A stretch of DNA of 45,559 nucleotides from Patescibacteria group bacterium (GCA_024239015.1 JANBVM010000002.1:8204-53762); one strand, 5' to 3'; counted from the first letter of the stretch, positions 7,480 to 18,014 are shown. Notes: generated by a model from the sequence alone, not told the origin. Translations and numbers: made by a program.

Positions 7480-10400
7480 ATGAAACAAAAGGAAAGGAAT
7501 AAAAAAGAAATAAATACCATTAAAGAAAAATACGATCCTTATTTTCTTTTAGAACGTTTTATATTCAGGCAACGTGTTGAATTTATAAACCAAATAGAAA
7601 CAATTCCTAAAACTAATTATAAAGAAGTAGGAAGAGAATTACTTCTCCAAAATCTTTTTCTTAAAAAAATTAGACTTGATCCTGGGTTTCGGTTTAAAAT
7701 ATACGATGAATTAAATCAAAATAAGGGAATTTTAAGGAGAATAAAGAGAGAAATTATAAATTTTGTCCAAGAATCGGATTTATTTAAAAATTTCCAATCT
7801 CAGTCTAAAAAAATCGATAAGGATTTAGAGATTTATGAAATGAGATTTAGAATTCAAGACATCGGTGGCTATAATTATCCAAAAATTTTTACCTCGGCTC
7901 TCTTACCTACTAAAACTAAAAAAAGTTGGTTTCATCAAAAATGGAAAGCCTATATGGAAGCAGGGAAAAAACCAGAAGCTTATGCCGCTGAATCAATTCT
8001 TATGGAATTTATTACTGAATATCATCAGGGATATTATTTATTTTGGACAACAAATCCCTATGGTGAAAACCGAAACGCCTATCATTATTTATTAAACGCT
8101 ATAAGAGAAGTTGTTGAGAATATTAATCCATTCTTCTTGGATTATATAGATGCTCAAAGAAATAACATTTTATTATTTGAATCTATGCAAGATATCATTG
8201 ACAATTTAAATTTTCAGCTATTATTAAAGGATATTAATGAATATATTGAACACTTCCAAGATATTGTAAAAAGTGAAGCAGATTTATTAAATAAAGTAAA
8301 ATTAAGAAGATCTTTTTTTGTCATTGCAGGAATTCTTTATTTTAATTCCTTAAAAACCAAAATTAAGTTAAATTATTTAAATCGATTCTATGGTATTGAT
8401 TTTGTTATAGAATATTTTTTAAAAAATCCAGATTTTTATGATTATAATCAGTTTATAGGAGATTTACCAATTTGGTATAAATTTGGATTTCTTCCAGATT
8501 TTCAACCAATTCTAGAAATCAACTTAGAAAAATTTGAAAATGAAGTTAAGGTTAATTCAGCTAAAGGAAATATAAATGTACTACTTATTTTGACAAAATA
8601 TCTCTGTAAATCCTTAATTGAACAGAAGAAATATAATAAAGCATTACAAATATTGTTCGATAAATTTCCATTTCTTAATGATTGCAAAGAAGCATTTAAG
8701 AACTCTAAGGAAGTATTAATAAACCTAATAGATCCAAAATCCTGTGTTCAGATCGAAATTCTATTTTTATTGGCAAAAATGGGAGCAAAATCAAATAAGA
8801 ATGCAATTGTTAAATTTGTAATTAAAATTTACTATTTAATGCGGAATAGGGAGGACAATACCAATAATAAAATAAAATTTGAGATTTTAAGAAGTATTTT
8901 ATATCGATTAGTTAATGATTTCAATAATGAAAGAAAAATTATTAATAGCTTGAATGTTAACTTTAAGGAATTACTAAAAAACAAAGAAACTAATCCATTT
9001 GAAGTTGTTTTTTCATTATTTCCCCCTAATTTATTAACTTCAGAAGGCTTTCATTATGCAAAAAATAAACCTTTTATTCATGATTTTGAGTCCATCGAAA
9101 TATTTGAGAGAGAACCTTTGATACCTTTGAGTTTTGAAACGTATTTTATTTATGCTGATTATAGAAAAATAATTTTACAGAATAATGCAAATAACATTTT
9201 GGTATTTAATGAAAATTTCAGGGAGCTAAACAAATTATTAAATAGATGTCTTGAAGCACAGTCAATGGCAAGTTTTAACCAAGCAGTAAGATTAAGATCA
9301 GATATTGAAGAATCATCCTATCAAGAATATGAGAAGGAAAGATTGAAAATTATTTATGAAACACTTGCCTTTCCCTTTTTATATTTTAAAGAATATGGTT
9401 CTGCTATTTACTATCTAAATCTAGCACTAAAATTCAAGCCTGCTGATGCTTATTATAATAAATATTTAACAATTTTACATTTATTTCAAGAGGACTATGA
9501 GAAAGCTAGTAAAAATTTATTTAAGATATATCAAATTAGTGATCATTTTACTTATATGAGTGTTAATGCTAATATGAAGTCATTATTTCAGTATTTAATT
9601 ATTTGGTTTAAAAAAGATAAATTCAATAAATTAATTTTGAAAATGATTAGTGAACCTGAATATATTAAAAGCTTTGTAAAAAAACTTGATATTATTTATT
9701 GTGATGTTGGAGTATCTTTAGCAGATTTGGGTTATTTTGATGACGCTATTGAATATTTTAACAAGGCATTGGATATTACTCAGAATGATGATTTTAAGGC
9801 TTCTCTTTTGAATAACATTGGAACAGTTTATAGTGATACAATAAAACTTAATAATGCTATAGAAAAATTTGAATTGGCTCTTGAAATTAATCCCAATAAT
9901 CCAATATTTTGGAATAATTTAGCAAAAATGTACCAATTTAAATTGAATAATATAAAAGCAAAAGAGATTTTTCTAGAAGCAGAAAAACACTTCAAAGATA
10001 TAGATAAAAAAACTGCCGATATAATGTACGCTCATAGTTTAATAATGGATATGCATATAATGGGCATTATTAATTTAAATATCGTACATGAAAAAGACGC
10101 TTTATCACATTTTAAATTAGCTGGGCAACTTGTTAGAAATGTAAATAATTTAAATAACTTAACTGAAAATACAGGTATTATTTTTATAGAATTAACAAAT
10201 GGATTTGATTGTTGTTTTCACTCTACATTTTCTAAGAGTTTTTTAGATGTATTAATAAATGTGTATCCAAGTAAATCAAAAATTCCAGATGAGGACTGGA
10301 AAAAACTACCTTTAGGCTTAAGAGAACTATGGAAGGGAAATCATATGTCAATGGGTCATATATCTTTTTTAATTGATGAGCTATTAGATCCAAATTCAAA

Positions 10401-10620
10401 TAAACTTATTTTAGACTTAATAAATGCACTTCCAGGAAGTATTACTGAGAATGATCTCAGAACAATTCAAACATTTACATTGTTAACACGTCCAACGCGC
10501 AATCCTGGCAGTCATGGAGGAATACTAGATAAAACAATTTTTATTAATAATATTTCAAAAATAATAGAATCCATAAATAAAACTTTAATAGTTTTTGAGA
10601 AATTTTATTCTAATAAATAA
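7480..10620 (+). CDS. Large TPR-repeat protein with C-terminal HEPN-like (R-N-x3-H) putative RNase domain
   Basis: 1046 aa. Clear TPR units include YCDVGVSLADLGYFDDAIEYFNKALDITQND, LLNNIGTVYSDTIKLNNAIEKFELALEINPNNP and FWNNLAKMYQ. The C-terminus has LLTRPTRNPGSHGGILD, with R1007 to H1012 at nt 10498-10515. No Walker A is seen. Confidence 0.7.
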   Translation: MKQKERNKKEINTIKEKYDPYFLLERFIFRQRVEFINQIETIPKTNYKEVGRELLLQNLFLKKIRLDPGFRFKIYDELNQNKGILRRIKREIINFVQESDLFKNFQSQSKKIDKDLEIYEMRFRIQDIGGYNYPKIFTSALLPTKTKKSWFHQKWKAYMEAGKKPEAYAAESILMEFITEYHQGYYLFWTTNPYGENRNAYHYLLNAIREVVENINPFFLDYIDAQRNNILLFESMQDIIDNLNFQLLLKDINEYIEHFQDIVKSEADLLNKVKLRRSFFVIAGILYFNSLKTKIKLNYLNRFYGIDFVIEYFLKNPDFYDYNQFIGDLPIWYKFGFLPDFQPILEINLEKFENEVKVNSAKGNINVLLILTKYLCKSLIEQKKYNKALQILFDKFPFLNDCKEAFKNSKEVLINLIDPKSCVQIEILFLLAKMGAKSNKNAIVKFVIKIYYLMRNREDNTNNKIKFEILRSILYRLVNDFNNERKIINSLNVNFKELLKNKETNPFEVVFSLFPPNLLTSEGFHYAKNKPFIHDFESIEIFEREPLIPLSFETYFIYADYRKIILQNNANNILVFNENFRELNKLLNRCLEAQSMASFNQAVRLRSDIEESSYQEYEKERLKIIYETLAFPFLYFKEYGSAIYYLNLALKFKPADAYYNKYLTILHLFQEDYEKASKNLFKIYQISDHFTYMSVNANMKSLFQYLIIWFKKDKFNKLILKMISEPEYIKSFVKKLDIIYCDVGVSLADLGYFDDAIEYFNKALDITQNDDFKASLLNNIGTVYSDTIKLNNAIEKFELALEINPNNPIFWNNLAKMYQFKLNNIKAKEIFLEAEKHFKDIDKKTADIMYAHSLIMDMHIMGIINLNIVHEKDALSHFKLAGQLVRNVNNLNNLTENTGIIFIELTNGFDCCFHSTFSKSFLDVLINVYPSKSKIPDEDWKKLPLGLRELWKGNHMSMGHISFLIDELLDPNSNKLILDLINALPGSITENDLRTIQTFTLLTRPTRNPGSHGGILDKTIFINNISKIIESINKTLIVFEKFYSNK

Positions 10621-10912
10621 TTTAATTCGGTTAAATAGGACCACATAACGGCTAAAAATTATTTATATTTTTATCGATATCAATTTGTTTATCATTCATT
10701 ATTTCTATCTATGATTTTTGTTTTTATTCACGTAAAATTCATGTTTATTTTCAGAATTATCCTTTTTATTTAAAAATTTCATGTACTTATTAAGTATCCC
10801 AAAAGTAATTACTTGCTGCATTCATTTCTAGAACTATGGTTGCATGGTAATTGTAGTAAGATATTAATTTCTCAATTTCAGATTTTAGATTCATAAATAC
10901 ACTATTATAATT

Positions 10913-12013
10913 TTAAAGGATTAAATTTTTCAGGATATCGAGGCTTTCTAAATGATCAATAATTGCTTTATTTAGTTTAGTCGCTATCTTAAATTTTTCA
11001 TTTATAATGGCGCTTCTATCCGGGGCTATTTCGAAACCATATTTTGTTAAATAATGATGTTGAACCTTGAAAGAAATTAAAGTTAAATATTCCATTATAT
11101 TTCCTTCCGTTAAAGAATTGTTTTTGTTTGTAAACCAATCTTTATTTTCGTCTTTGCGATATACTTTAATTGGAGAATTAGGTTTTTTATAAAAAATCTT
11201 TCCATAATTTGAATCTCTACATATGAAAACTTGTTTATAATGATTTTCTGGACATAATTTTTGTATTTGTTCTTGGAAGATTGTGTTAAGAATGGGTTGA
11301 TAGATTTGGGTACATTCTTCATGATATTTAATTTCTATAACGGGATATTTTATATTTAATGTTCCAGGAACTACTACTTCAACATTTTGATCATATAATA
11401 AAAATCTTTTTCTTGGATAGGGTAATCCAAAACTCTTTGCTAAAAGAAAATCATCACATATGTTGAGAAACCCAAAATTATTTATAATTAAAAAGAAACT
11501 TAAAGGATAATGCATAAATGCTGGTAAACCTGTACCTCCAAAAAGTAAGTAATTTTTCCTTTTATTAATCTTATAAATCAAAAGCATTCTATCTTTAGTT
11601 TGTACACCCTGATTTATATAATATTTTGGTTGAATCCCAAGAAAATTATTACTATCATATAAGTTAGCTATATAAAGCCCAATTCTAATCTTATCAAACC
11701 AAGTCAATAATAAATTAAAATTTTTGTTTGATAGGGGTCTTTCACTTAAAATTCTTAATATAACATCCTTTGCATTACCCTCTAACTTAGAAAATTTGCT
11801 ATTACACATATTACAAGCAGGATATACAAAACTATCAAAAGTAAAGTCATTAAAATCAAGAATTAACTTATTACCTTTATCGAATTTATAATAAGGTCCA
11901 AAACGTAATATTTTGTTTTTTTGATTAGTAAGCTCAATTAACCATTCTGGTATAATGTGTTCTTTTGTTTTTTTTTTAGTAATCTTCCCACAGAATATAC
12001 ATATTTTTTTCAT
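10913..12013 (-). CDS. HNH-family nuclease-like protein with uncharacterised C-terminal domain
   Basis: The N-terminus is CIFCGKITKKKTKEHIIPEWL...YPACNMCNSKFSKLE, which gives CxxC...EH..P...CxxCN, an HNH/His-Me finger pattern. About 270 further residues have no recognisable motif. Confidence 0.6.
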   Translation of the reverse strand: MKKICIFCGKITKKKTKEHIIPEWLIELTNQKNKILRFGPYYKFDKGNKLILDFNDFTFDSFVYPACNMCNSKFSKLEGNAKDVILRILSERPLSNKNFNLLLTWFDKIRIGLYIANLYDSNNFLGIQPKYYINQGVQTKDRMLLIYKINKRKNYLLFGGTGLPAFMHYPLSFFLIINNFGFLNICDDFLLAKSFGLPYPRKRFLLYDQNVEVVVPGTLNIKYPVIEIKYHEECTQIYQPILNTIFQEQIQKLCPENHYKQVFICRDSNYGKIFYKKPNSPIKVYRKDENKDWFTNKNNSLTEGNIMEYLTLISFKVQHHYLTKYGFEIAPDRSAIINEKFKIATKLNKAIIDHLESLDILKNLIL

Positions 12014-12902
12014 TTCTATAAATATGAAATAAATTTGAATTTATTTAATTTATCTGTGAAAGGTAGTAGACTTTTTAATTAAACATATCCTCAAAGTTCA
12101 CTTTTTTATTTATTTATATTCTACAAATATAATGATAACTCTCAATGAAATATTAAATTTAGTGAATAAAATCGTAAAAAAATAAAAAACGTTATCTGAA
12201 GAAGTTATTAATAACTCTGTAATATCGTTAGCTCAATTCTTTTCAAATTATGCCAATCAATTTATGTAAAATTACAAAAATCAGGTGAATTGTTCCTAAC
12301 AACAATAGCTAGGTTAATAGAGGCTTAAGAAAGATTCATATTGAGAAAATACATGCCAAATTCTTAAAAGATTTAAATATAACATCTACTAAGTAGAAAA
12401 TCTCAAGATTAACCGGAAATTATGCTTATATTTTAAAAAGGGAGATAAAATTTAAATTGGATCTTCCTTAAATATATTCTTGAAATCAATGCTGCTTATC
12501 TCTCTTGATTGGTTTTGATAAAATAGTGATTAGAAGAAACAATGAAAACTAAATTTCATTTCTCTGAAACACCATTTAGATTAGGATATAGATTTTTTTA
12601 TTTATATATTCATTATCATTCTTTTCTTAACCCATAATAAACGCAACAGAAATATAACTTTTCCCCTATAATTATGAAATATCCCAAAGATTACTAATTA
12701 AATCAGGAAACGAATAGGTTAACCTTTTTTAAAATCAGTTATCATATATTTGTATCCTAATTAGCATATACTATGGGCGCCATTTGAATGAACAATAAAC
12801 ATGAGATTTATTAAGGTTAAAAGGCTCTCTTTATATTAAGTTTGTTTCAATATTATTATGATATACGGCTCTTAATTAGACTCAATTGGAAGTGATTTCG
12901 CT

Positions 12903-13103
12903 TTGGCAAAAAAAACGACAAATATGAAGAATGAACCTAGGAAATATGACTTAAAAATACCGTATGAGTTATTCAAGGTTATCAAAAATCACATCGAAAA
13001 TCATAAAGAATTAGGCTATTCTAATGTAAGTCAATATCTAAACGAACTAATCAGATTGGATATAAAAAGGATATTACAAGAAGAAAAAGAGCGAAAAGAT
13101 TAA
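12903..13103 (+). CDS. Ribbon-helix-helix protein (TTG start; alternative ATG at 12924)
   Basis: KYDLKIPYELFKVIKNHIENHKELGYSNVSQYLNELIRLDI matches the RHH strand-helix-helix layout. Confidence 0.55.
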   Translation: MAKKTTNMKNEPRKYDLKIPYELFKVIKNHIENHKELGYSNVSQYLNELIRLDIKRILQEEKERKD

Positions 13104-13335
13104 CTCATACCATATGGTATTTTTAGTATAATATTGCTCCAATTTTATGCCGATTCGAAGGCTTCTTGAGTTAGGTACATCTTTTTTTATATTCTTATAA
13201 TTGTTTTTACTATACCTATATAGCCCGGTGGGGGTAAGTAAAGGGATACACAACTAATAAAGAAAAAGACATATTATCTGTTATATTAGGAATTATTGAA
13301 TAAGAAAGAAAATACCCTTTTGAGGAAGTGACCTA

Positions 13336-13530
13336 ATGGATTATAACATAATAATCAAAGGTAATAAAGATAATGCCAAAGCCACAGAAGAGGACGTGGG
13401 CATCAAAGACTTAAAGTGGGATTCAATTGGTTTAGAAGAAATAGTTGAAGGCCTTGGAATAATGAGTGAGAAAGAAATAAAAGAAGCTACGGAATTTAAT
13501 ATTGACAGAGAATCCTGTATTACTGTTTAA
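13336..13530 (+). CDS. Small acidic hypothetical protein
   Basis: 64-aa ORF with a gaggaagtga SD-like sequence upstream. Confidence 0.35.
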   Translation: MDYNIIIKGNKDNAKATEEDVGIKDLKWDSIGLEEIVEGLGIMSEKEIKEATEFNIDRESCITV

Positions 13531-13575
13531 TAAAATATAAGATTTATGGCAAGAATACAGAAAAAGAAAAAAAAT

Positions 13576-15777
13576 TTAGGTCTCTATATTACAATCTCTT
13601 TTCCAGTCGCACCAAAATTTCTCTAACGCATCAAGCCCGTATTTACTAATAGACGAAAAATCATGAAAGAAATCAACTATGACTTTGTTTGGAATCTTGT
13701 CATATTTAGTAAAGACTTCAAATACTCGTTTATAGATATTAAGGAAACGCCAAAAGGTTTCTTCATCAAGTTTTTCGTGTTTCGTATGTTTTTGAACAGA
13801 TTTACATTCATATAGGTTATCCCCCTTAACCGAATCCCATTTTTCAGTAAAAGGGTCATAAATAAATAGCGAACCTATGGTATCGGCAGAAGTAATCTCG
13901 GCAATTTGAATTATCTTTCTCGCACTTGAATCAAAATCCTTTTTCATTAAGATTATCAAATCTAAATCATTAAAACAAGAGGGGTCGATTTTAAAGTGAT
14001 AGCGGAAACGATTTACTAACGATTCTATATTATCAGCATGAATAGTTTGAAAACCTCTCAACCCTGCTGATAAACAATGAAACAATGCTTCCGCTTCTTC
14101 TTTTTCTAATATTTCTCCTAGATAAATTGTGTCAGGAGACCGATGTAAAAGCTTTTTAATTTGATTACTTTTCGAATATTTAGGGTCTATATCGTCTTCT
14201 AAGGAATCAACCTTATATTTTAATTGATGTTTACCAAAATCTTCTTGATTTAACGATTCTATAGCATTTTCTATGTATATTTTTCTAAATTCTTTTGGCA
14301 ATAATAAGTCTAACGCATTGATTAAGGTAGTTTTTCCTGTATCAGTTTCTCCCGTTACAGTGATGTTATTCCTTCTTAAAATATTAAAATAAAGAAAGGA
14401 AGCGATTAAAGGATTCAATGTGTTATTCTGGAGTAAATCTTGAATGTTTAGAATGTTCTTGTTTAACTTTCGAATATCAAAAGAAAAACTTGAAGCGTGT
14501 ATTGGGGCAATATCTATCGTAAATCTACAAAAGAAATATTTATTTCTCATAGTAAATTTTATACTTGGATTAGCATAATCTAATCTCTCGCCGCTATAAA
14601 GCCTTATGAATGTTTTCAATCGCTCAATCTCATCAACTTTAAACTTAAGGTCTGTTCGACAACGACCATATGTTTGATGGTTAATGTAAATATAAGACTC
14701 TGAAGAATCTAAGAAAATTTCTTCAATCTTGTCATCAATTAAAAAGGGAAACAGTTTCGATAAGTTTATGGCTTCAAATGTAGCTAATAAACTAATTCTT
14801 TCTTGTTCACTCTTGGTGAGTTTGTATTTATCAGCAAGATAAGTTATCCCTTCATATAAGTATTTATCAATAAGTTCCTCAAATGTTAATATACTGTCTA
14901 ATTTGAAAGCCTCAATTAGAAATTCTCTAACATCCTTAGTAATCCCTCTAAAAAAACCCCTTTCCTCTTCTGTTTCATAGAGTAAGTTGACTTCGTACAG
15001 TTTTTCATAATCCCTCCCCATATCATACATGAGTATTTTGAATATATTATAATCTCCGATTTTATAGGAGTTAATCAACTTAGGTTTCTCTTTTTTAATC
15101 GCCGGTGTTTCTTTCTCCTCTGTCAATTTTGGAGTAGGGTCAGTTTTAATAGAATTGTTAAATAAAGCTTTGTAATACTCCAAGTATGTGTGAAAAACAT
15201 TATTTTTCTTACAAAAATTGCGATAATCTTTAATAATATTAAACTCGTTAATCATCACTAAGAATGCATTATATTCCTCTAACATCTCTTTTTTACAGTG
15301 AAAGCACCTAACATTGTTTATTTCATTTTTCTTGACAAGGTTATACCGCATCTGAACAATGTTGTAAAGCTCTATTGGGTTATTGTAATTAATCTTGGAA
15401 GGTCTAATCACCGAATAAAACTCGGAGAAAATGTCGCATTTCATACCATTTTTAATGCATTCCTGATTGAGTTCTAAATCAATAGGTTTGTAATAATTCT
15501 TGATATTCTTTATCTTCTTGAAATATTCCAAGAAAAAGTCATTTTTCTCTTTCCTCAAAGAATAAATGATATCAGTTTTTAATGAGAAAGAGTCAAATTT
15601 CTTTCGTTTAATCTTATATAACGAGTTTAAAAAGCATGATACACATCTCTTTGTTTTTAGAAAAGCTCCCGTATATTTCGGGCATTTCTTACAATCTATA
15701 AGAACTAAACGCTCCTTTTTACCATGAAAATTTTCCCTCTCTTGAAAAACAAGTAGATTATAATCTTTAACTGTCAT
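13576..15777 (-). CDS. VirB11/PilB/FlaI-family secretion ATPase with Cys-rich N-terminal extension
   Basis: Walker A is VTGETDTGKTTLINAL. The Asp-box-like segment is RKIYIENAIE. Walker B is PDTIYLGEILEKEEAEAL. The His box is GLRGFQTIHADN. The N-terminus carries CKKCPKYTGAFLKTKRCVSC. Confidence 0.85.
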   Translation of the reverse strand: MTVKDYNLLVFQERENFHGKKERLVLIDCKKCPKYTGAFLKTKRCVSCFLNSLYKIKRKKFDSFSLKTDIIYSLRKEKNDFFLEYFKKIKNIKNYYKPIDLELNQECIKNGMKCDIFSEFYSVIRPSKINYNNPIELYNIVQMRYNLVKKNEINNVRCFHCKKEMLEEYNAFLVMINEFNIIKDYRNFCKKNNVFHTYLEYYKALFNNSIKTDPTPKLTEEKETPAIKKEKPKLINSYKIGDYNIFKILMYDMGRDYEKLYEVNLLYETEEERGFFRGITKDVREFLIEAFKLDSILTFEELIDKYLYEGITYLADKYKLTKSEQERISLLATFEAINLSKLFPFLIDDKIEEIFLDSSESYIYINHQTYGRCRTDLKFKVDEIERLKTFIRLYSGERLDYANPSIKFTMRNKYFFCRFTIDIAPIHASSFSFDIRKLNKNILNIQDLLQNNTLNPLIASFLYFNILRRNNITVTGETDTGKTTLINALDLLLPKEFRKIYIENAIESLNQEDFGKHQLKYKVDSLEDDIDPKYSKSNQIKKLLHRSPDTIYLGEILEKEEAEALFHCLSAGLRGFQTIHADNIESLVNRFRYHFKIDPSCFNDLDLIILMKKDFDSSARKIIQIAEITSADTIGSLFIYDPFTEKWDSVKGDNLYECKSVQKHTKHEKLDEETFWRFLNIYKRVFEVFTKYDKIPNKVIVDFFHDFSSISKYGLDALEKFWCDWKRDCNIET

Positions 15778-15812
15778 CTCTAATATTTATTAACATAAAA
15801 ATTTAAAGTGCT

Positions 15813-16952
15813 CTAAGATTTGAACTCTCTTACATCAAATTGTAAAAAGGTATTATAATCGAGGATTCTTACATTTGGTAATTCTGTTAATTTCTTAACC
15901 TTAATCATTTCCGCATATTGAGAATCATCAATAATTAAGATATAGATGCTATATTTAGGATATATTTTGTCGAAAATCCTTGAAATTAGTTGGAAATCGA
16001 TTTCCTTAAAAATCATGAACATTAACTTGGATTCAATCAATATTGATTTTGGATTTAATCTATGAAACACAACTCCGTTCTCCTCTAAAGATTTTTCAAA
16101 TTCTATATTCACCTGATTAATGTCTATTTCCTTTTTTTTATATCGTGAAATTAATATTTCTTCCATATCTTTAAACAATAGGTAATGGTCGGAAATATCT
16201 AATCTCCACAAAACCTTATAAACATCATTTATTTCTAAGCTAAAAGGTTCTACTATATCATAATCAAAGAATCTATTAATTTCATATTCAAGATTAAATT
16301 CATCCTGAATGTCATGCTTTAATTCAATAAAGTATCCTGAAGTAACTATCAAATCTTCTGATTCCGACTTAAAATTAAAAACCAAATATCCTTCTATATT
16401 AAATTTTTTGATTAAATTGGTAAAATTGTATATAAAATTGTCTTTATTCTCTAATTCAGATAAATCTAAATTATAAATATCCAATAAACTAAAATCCCTC
16501 TCGTTTTCTATGATTATCGAATCAGTAGACTTTAACTTATGAACTTTTGAATCAAGAAAAGTAAACCCTATTTTAAAAAATTGATTTTCTAATTGCTTTT
16601 TTTCTAAAAATGAGAAAGGTAATAAATTCTTATTAGCCAAAATTTTTTTAAGGGAGTTAACCGTATCTAAAATTGTATTTATATCAAAATCAACCAAGCA
16701 TAGTATAAAATATTCCTCGATAGTTCTCGAAATTGAGATTTGAAATGTAAAATAACTAAGACTTCCCTTTTCTATTAATTCCTTCAGAACTGATAAAGTA
16801 TTAACTAAATCCGACACTTTAATTATAGAAAAGGCAACAACTTTCTTTACTTTATTGAGACTTGGGAAAAAAATTAGTTCTTTATCAACCGAATAAGATT
16901 TGAGCTTAAATTTTCCTTTTTTTACTGTAGCACACATATCAGTCACTCTCAT
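15813..16952 (-). CDS. Hypothetical protein (member of the ATPase/membrane cluster)
   Basis: 379-aa ORF tightly packed between the 98-aa membrane protein and the secretion ATPase. No recognisable motif. Confidence 0.6.
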   Translation of the reverse strand: MRVTDMCATVKKGKFKLKSYSVDKELIFFPSLNKVKKVVAFSIIKVSDLVNTLSVLKELIEKGSLSYFTFQISISRTIEEYFILCLVDFDINTILDTVNSLKKILANKNLLPFSFLEKKQLENQFFKIGFTFLDSKVHKLKSTDSIIIENERDFSLLDIYNLDLSELENKDNFIYNFTNLIKKFNIEGYLVFNFKSESEDLIVTSGYFIELKHDIQDEFNLEYEINRFFDYDIVEPFSLEINDVYKVLWRLDISDHYLLFKDMEEILISRYKKKEIDINQVNIEFEKSLEENGVVFHRLNPKSILIESKLMFMIFKEIDFQLISRIFDKIYPKYSIYILIIDDSQYAEMIKVKKLTELPNVRILDYNTFLQFDVREFKS

Positions 16953-16959
16953 TTAATAT

Positions 16960-17256
16960 TTAGGCAAAAAAACATAGATAAACCAACATAGTAAATAAAT
17001 ACATACCTACAAAGACATATATCATTGTAGAGAAGTAGAACAGAGAATTAAAGAATAATAAATTTTGTAGATTAAGAGAATATAATATTGTTTTTAACAA
17101 ATTCATTATATAAAGAAAAGGCAATAAGAATAAAAGATAAATCCCAAAAGAGTAGAAGACTATGATTAAATCTGTAGCTATAGCATTATACATAAATAAA
17201 ACCACAAACAAACCGAGTATTCCAAACATTTCAATGAGGTGTACTTGCAATCTCAT
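16960..17256 (-). CDS. Small integral membrane protein (about 3 TM helices)
   Basis: 98 aa, almost entirely hydrophobic (GILGLFVVLFMYNAIATDLIIVFYSFGIYLLFLLPFLYIM..., FYFSTMIYVFVGMYLFTMLVYLCFF). Its start overlaps the end of the upstream gene by 26 nt. Confidence 0.6.
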   Translation of the reverse strand: MRLQVHLIEMFGILGLFVVLFMYNAIATDLIIVFYSFGIYLLFLLPFLYIMNLLKTILYSLNLQNLLFFNSLFYFSTMIYVFVGMYLFTMLVYLCFFA

Positions 17257-17995
17257 ATAACCTTCTTATTATTTTAGATATAATTTCAAAAAGCATACAT
17301 GCCGATTCTCCTATTTTATGAGTCTTTACCCTCAAATGTCGCCTATATTCATCGAGCTCTTCATAAAACTGAAATCGAAGACCCCTTTCATGCACTTGTA
17401 GTAGAAAATCGTCGACCGAACTATAACCAATATTCAGATATTTGGCTAACCTTGATAAAAAATAATTGAAAAAATTATTACATTGAGTAATGACTTCCGA
17501 GTAATAACCTGAATTGTATGTATATTGAATTTCATCGTACCAATCAGCTAATTTATCTAACTCCATGTTTGGCTTTTGATTATTATTGGGTTGATATGTT
17601 AGTCTATTCTTTTGAGGTATCATTCTCACATTTGGGTTCTGGTTCTCAAGAACATTAGGGGGATAAGCATTCGGTAATTGTCTATTCTGAGCAATTTCCC
17701 CAAGTTGTTTCTGATGTTTGCCCCCCACATCAAAATTCTCAATATGCTCAATGTTTTTAATATTAATGTTATAATTATCAGGATGAGAATATTTTCTCTT
17801 TAATCGCTCTTTTCTGTGTTTTCTATATGATTTAACTGCCTTTTTAATACCCCTTTTTGTGTCCTTTTTTGCTCTTTTTACTATTGGTTTAAATGTGTGT
17901 TTGTACCAAGGGTCAAAACGATTATTCTTCCAATTAGAAAAATCCTCTTTTTTATCCCTTATCTTTTCCGATATTCTTTTCTTCTCATATTCCAT
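17231..17995 (-). CDS. Hypothetical protein: basic N-terminus, N/Q/P-rich linker, helical C-terminal domain
   Basis: 254 aa. The N-terminus is K/R-rich. The linker reads QNPNVRMIPQKNRLTYQPNNNQKPN. The C-terminal helical bundle (YYSEVITQCNNFFNYFLSRLAKYL ... EYRRHLRVKTHKIGES) is only speculatively HEPN/DUF4145-like. Confidence 0.55.
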   Translation of the reverse strand: MEYEKKRISEKIRDKKEDFSNWKNNRFDPWYKHTFKPIVKRAKKDTKRGIKKAVKSYRKHRKERLKRKYSHPDNYNINIKNIEHIENFDVGGKHQKQLGEIAQNRQLPNAYPPNVLENQNPNVRMIPQKNRLTYQPNNNQKPNMELDKLADWYDEIQYTYNSGYYSEVITQCNNFFNYFLSRLAKYLNIGYSSVDDFLLQVHERGLRFQFYEELDEYRRHLRVKTHKIGESACMLFEIISKIIRRLYEIASTPH

Positions 17996-18014
17996 GATAT
18001 TTACCTTTTTTAAT

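Noticed and set aside
7480-10620. Considered calling the 1046-aa protein an Avs/STAND-type NTPase because of the TPR array.
   Set aside because: No Walker A (GxxxxGK[ST]) or Walker B is visible anywhere in the translation.
13150-13255. GC-richer patches (gccgattcgaaggc; gcccggtgggggtaag) that looked like a tRNA T-arm or att fragment.
   Set aside because: No cloverleaf can be drawn, because acceptor, D and anticodon arms are absent. It more likely reflects a small terminator hairpin after the RHH gene.
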